Shown one piece after another: positions 63,192-64,000 of a stretch of DNA of 64,000 nt. Location of the stretch: contig JALSSR010000035.1 in the NCBI GenBank assembly GCA_026984135.1, positions 6,529 through 70,528 of the forward strand. The letters are read 5' to 3'. This DNA comes from Bacteroidales bacterium (GTDB taxonomy: Bacteria; Bacteroidota; Bacteroidia; Bacteroidales; JAADJA01). A program made the translations under genes and the position numbers. Position 1 is the stretch's first letter, and the number at the start of each line of letters is the position of its first letter. Below the pieces are notes generated by a model, which searched no databases, was not told the DNA's origin, and saw only the letters and a list, made by a program, of their open reading frames with translations.

Positions 63192-64000
63192 ATGAGGAAT
63201 ACGGAAAATAAAAAGAATGCCTTTTACACCGCTGCTTTACTTTTCCTGATATGGCTTACAGTTAATAGCCCTGTTTATTCTCAAGATAAAAAAGCTAAAC
63301 TACAGGCTTCAAAACAACAAATCGAAAAGGAGATTGAATATAACAATAAACTTCTGAAAGAGACCAAAAAAACAAAAAAAATCACACTGAATCAGTTGAT
63401 TATCTTAAAACGGCAGATATCAAGCCGCGAAAAACTCATTCAAAATATTAACTCCCAGATTAAAACTGTTGATGAACAGATATCGCTTAACAATGAAATC
63501 CTGAAAGAGTTGAACAGCGACCTGAAAAATCTGAAGGATGAGTATGCAAAGATGATTTTTTACGCTTATAAAAACCGTAACACCTATGATAAGCTGATGT
63601 TTGTTTTTTCTTCAAAAGACTTTAATCAGGCATATAAAAGGATCAAGTATTTTCAGCAATATACGGCTTACAGGCGAAATCAGGCAGAGCTTATAATTAA
63701 AACCGAAAATGAGATAAACAAAACTATTGAAAAGCTTAAAGGAGTAAAGGCCGAAAAAGTACTTTTGGTTCAATCGCTTGAGGATGAAAAGAATAATCTT
63801 AACCTTGAAAAGAAACAGCAGAATAGCACATTCAGAAAACTGACTTCAAAAGAGAAGGAATTAAAGGCGGCAATAAGAAAAAAAGAGAAGGCAGCACGTA
63901 AATTGGAGAAAGAAATTGAAAAGATAATTGCCGAGGAGATCAGGCTTGCATCGAAAAAGTCGGGGACGACCGAAACATCCGGGTTTGCACTCACCCCTTC
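63192..64000 (+). CDS. Murein hydrolase activator EnvC-like / M23 peptidase family protein, 3' end beyond the window
   Basis: The ATG is at 63192 and the frame stays open to the window end. It has a signal peptide followed by a long Lys/Glu-rich coiled coil, typical of EnvC N-termini. The M23 domain itself is not in the window. Confidence 0.6.
   Translation, partial: MRNTENKKNAFYTAALLFLIWLTVNSPVYSQDKKAKLQASKQQIEKEIEYNNKLLKETKKTKKITLNQLIILKRQISSREKLIQNINSQIKTVDEQISLNNEILKELNSDLKNLKDEYAKMIFYAYKNRNTYDKLMFVFSSKDFNQAYKRIKYFQQYTAYRRNQAELIIKTENEINKTIEKLKGVKAEKVLLVQSLEDEKNNLNLEKKQQNSTFRKLTSKEKELKAAIRKKEKAARKLEKEIEKIIAEEIRLASKKSGTTETSGFALTP

Overview
This is an AT-rich chromosomal segment of a Bacteroidota-type genome. 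Three things point that way: nine proteins end in T9SS C-terminal sorting domains, several genes are preceded by TAnnTTTG -7 boxes, and the purH-mreBCD and dut-TPR-DUF4292-EnvC gene orders are typical of the phylum. All calls come from reading the ORF translations and the DNA by eye; no searches were run.

Contents, left to right:
- A TetR-controlled LolA-like/FtsX/FtsX/ABC/outer-membrane-protein export operon, followed by recJ and another FtsX permease.
- purH-mreBCD and a roughly 1100-aa multi-PAS histidine kinase.
- A 13.5-kb island of T9SS-secreted enzymes: one M14 carboxypeptidase, two tandem gingipain-like C25 peptidases, and a thioredoxin-fold protein.
- A propeller/LytS-type kinase, an ldtD(ycbB)/ycbK-like peptidoglycan pair, a beta-helix T9SS protein, a membrane MutS-related ATPase and an FG-GAP T9SS protein.
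- A complete Rrf2-norCBQD-norE-coxIV-like nitric-oxide reductase cluster.
- More T9SS cargo, a TonB-dependent receptor, then dut-TPR-DUF4292-EnvC.

Most notable observations:
1. The thioredoxin-fold T9SS protein at 30536..32176 has an in-frame TGA exactly where the first Cys of a W-C-x-x-C-P redox motif should be (W-[TGA]-T-Y-C-P). A stem-loop follows it, so it is a selenocysteine (UxxC) candidate. A plain nonsense mutation is the alternative.
2. A roughly 100-120 nt two-hairpin element occurs twice (39257..39379 and 58540..58640), with a compensatory base-pair change between the copies.
3. The TonB-dependent receptor carries a single in-frame TAA that cuts off its C-terminal beta-strands.
4. 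Several GC-rich or palindromic tandem-repeat arrays sit inside operons and promoter regions, including a G-quadruplex-type 8-mer array.
5. An uncharacterised module of about 200 aa is shared between peptidases of two different catalytic classes.

No tRNA, rRNA, CRISPR array, transposase or obvious phage or defence genes were recognised.
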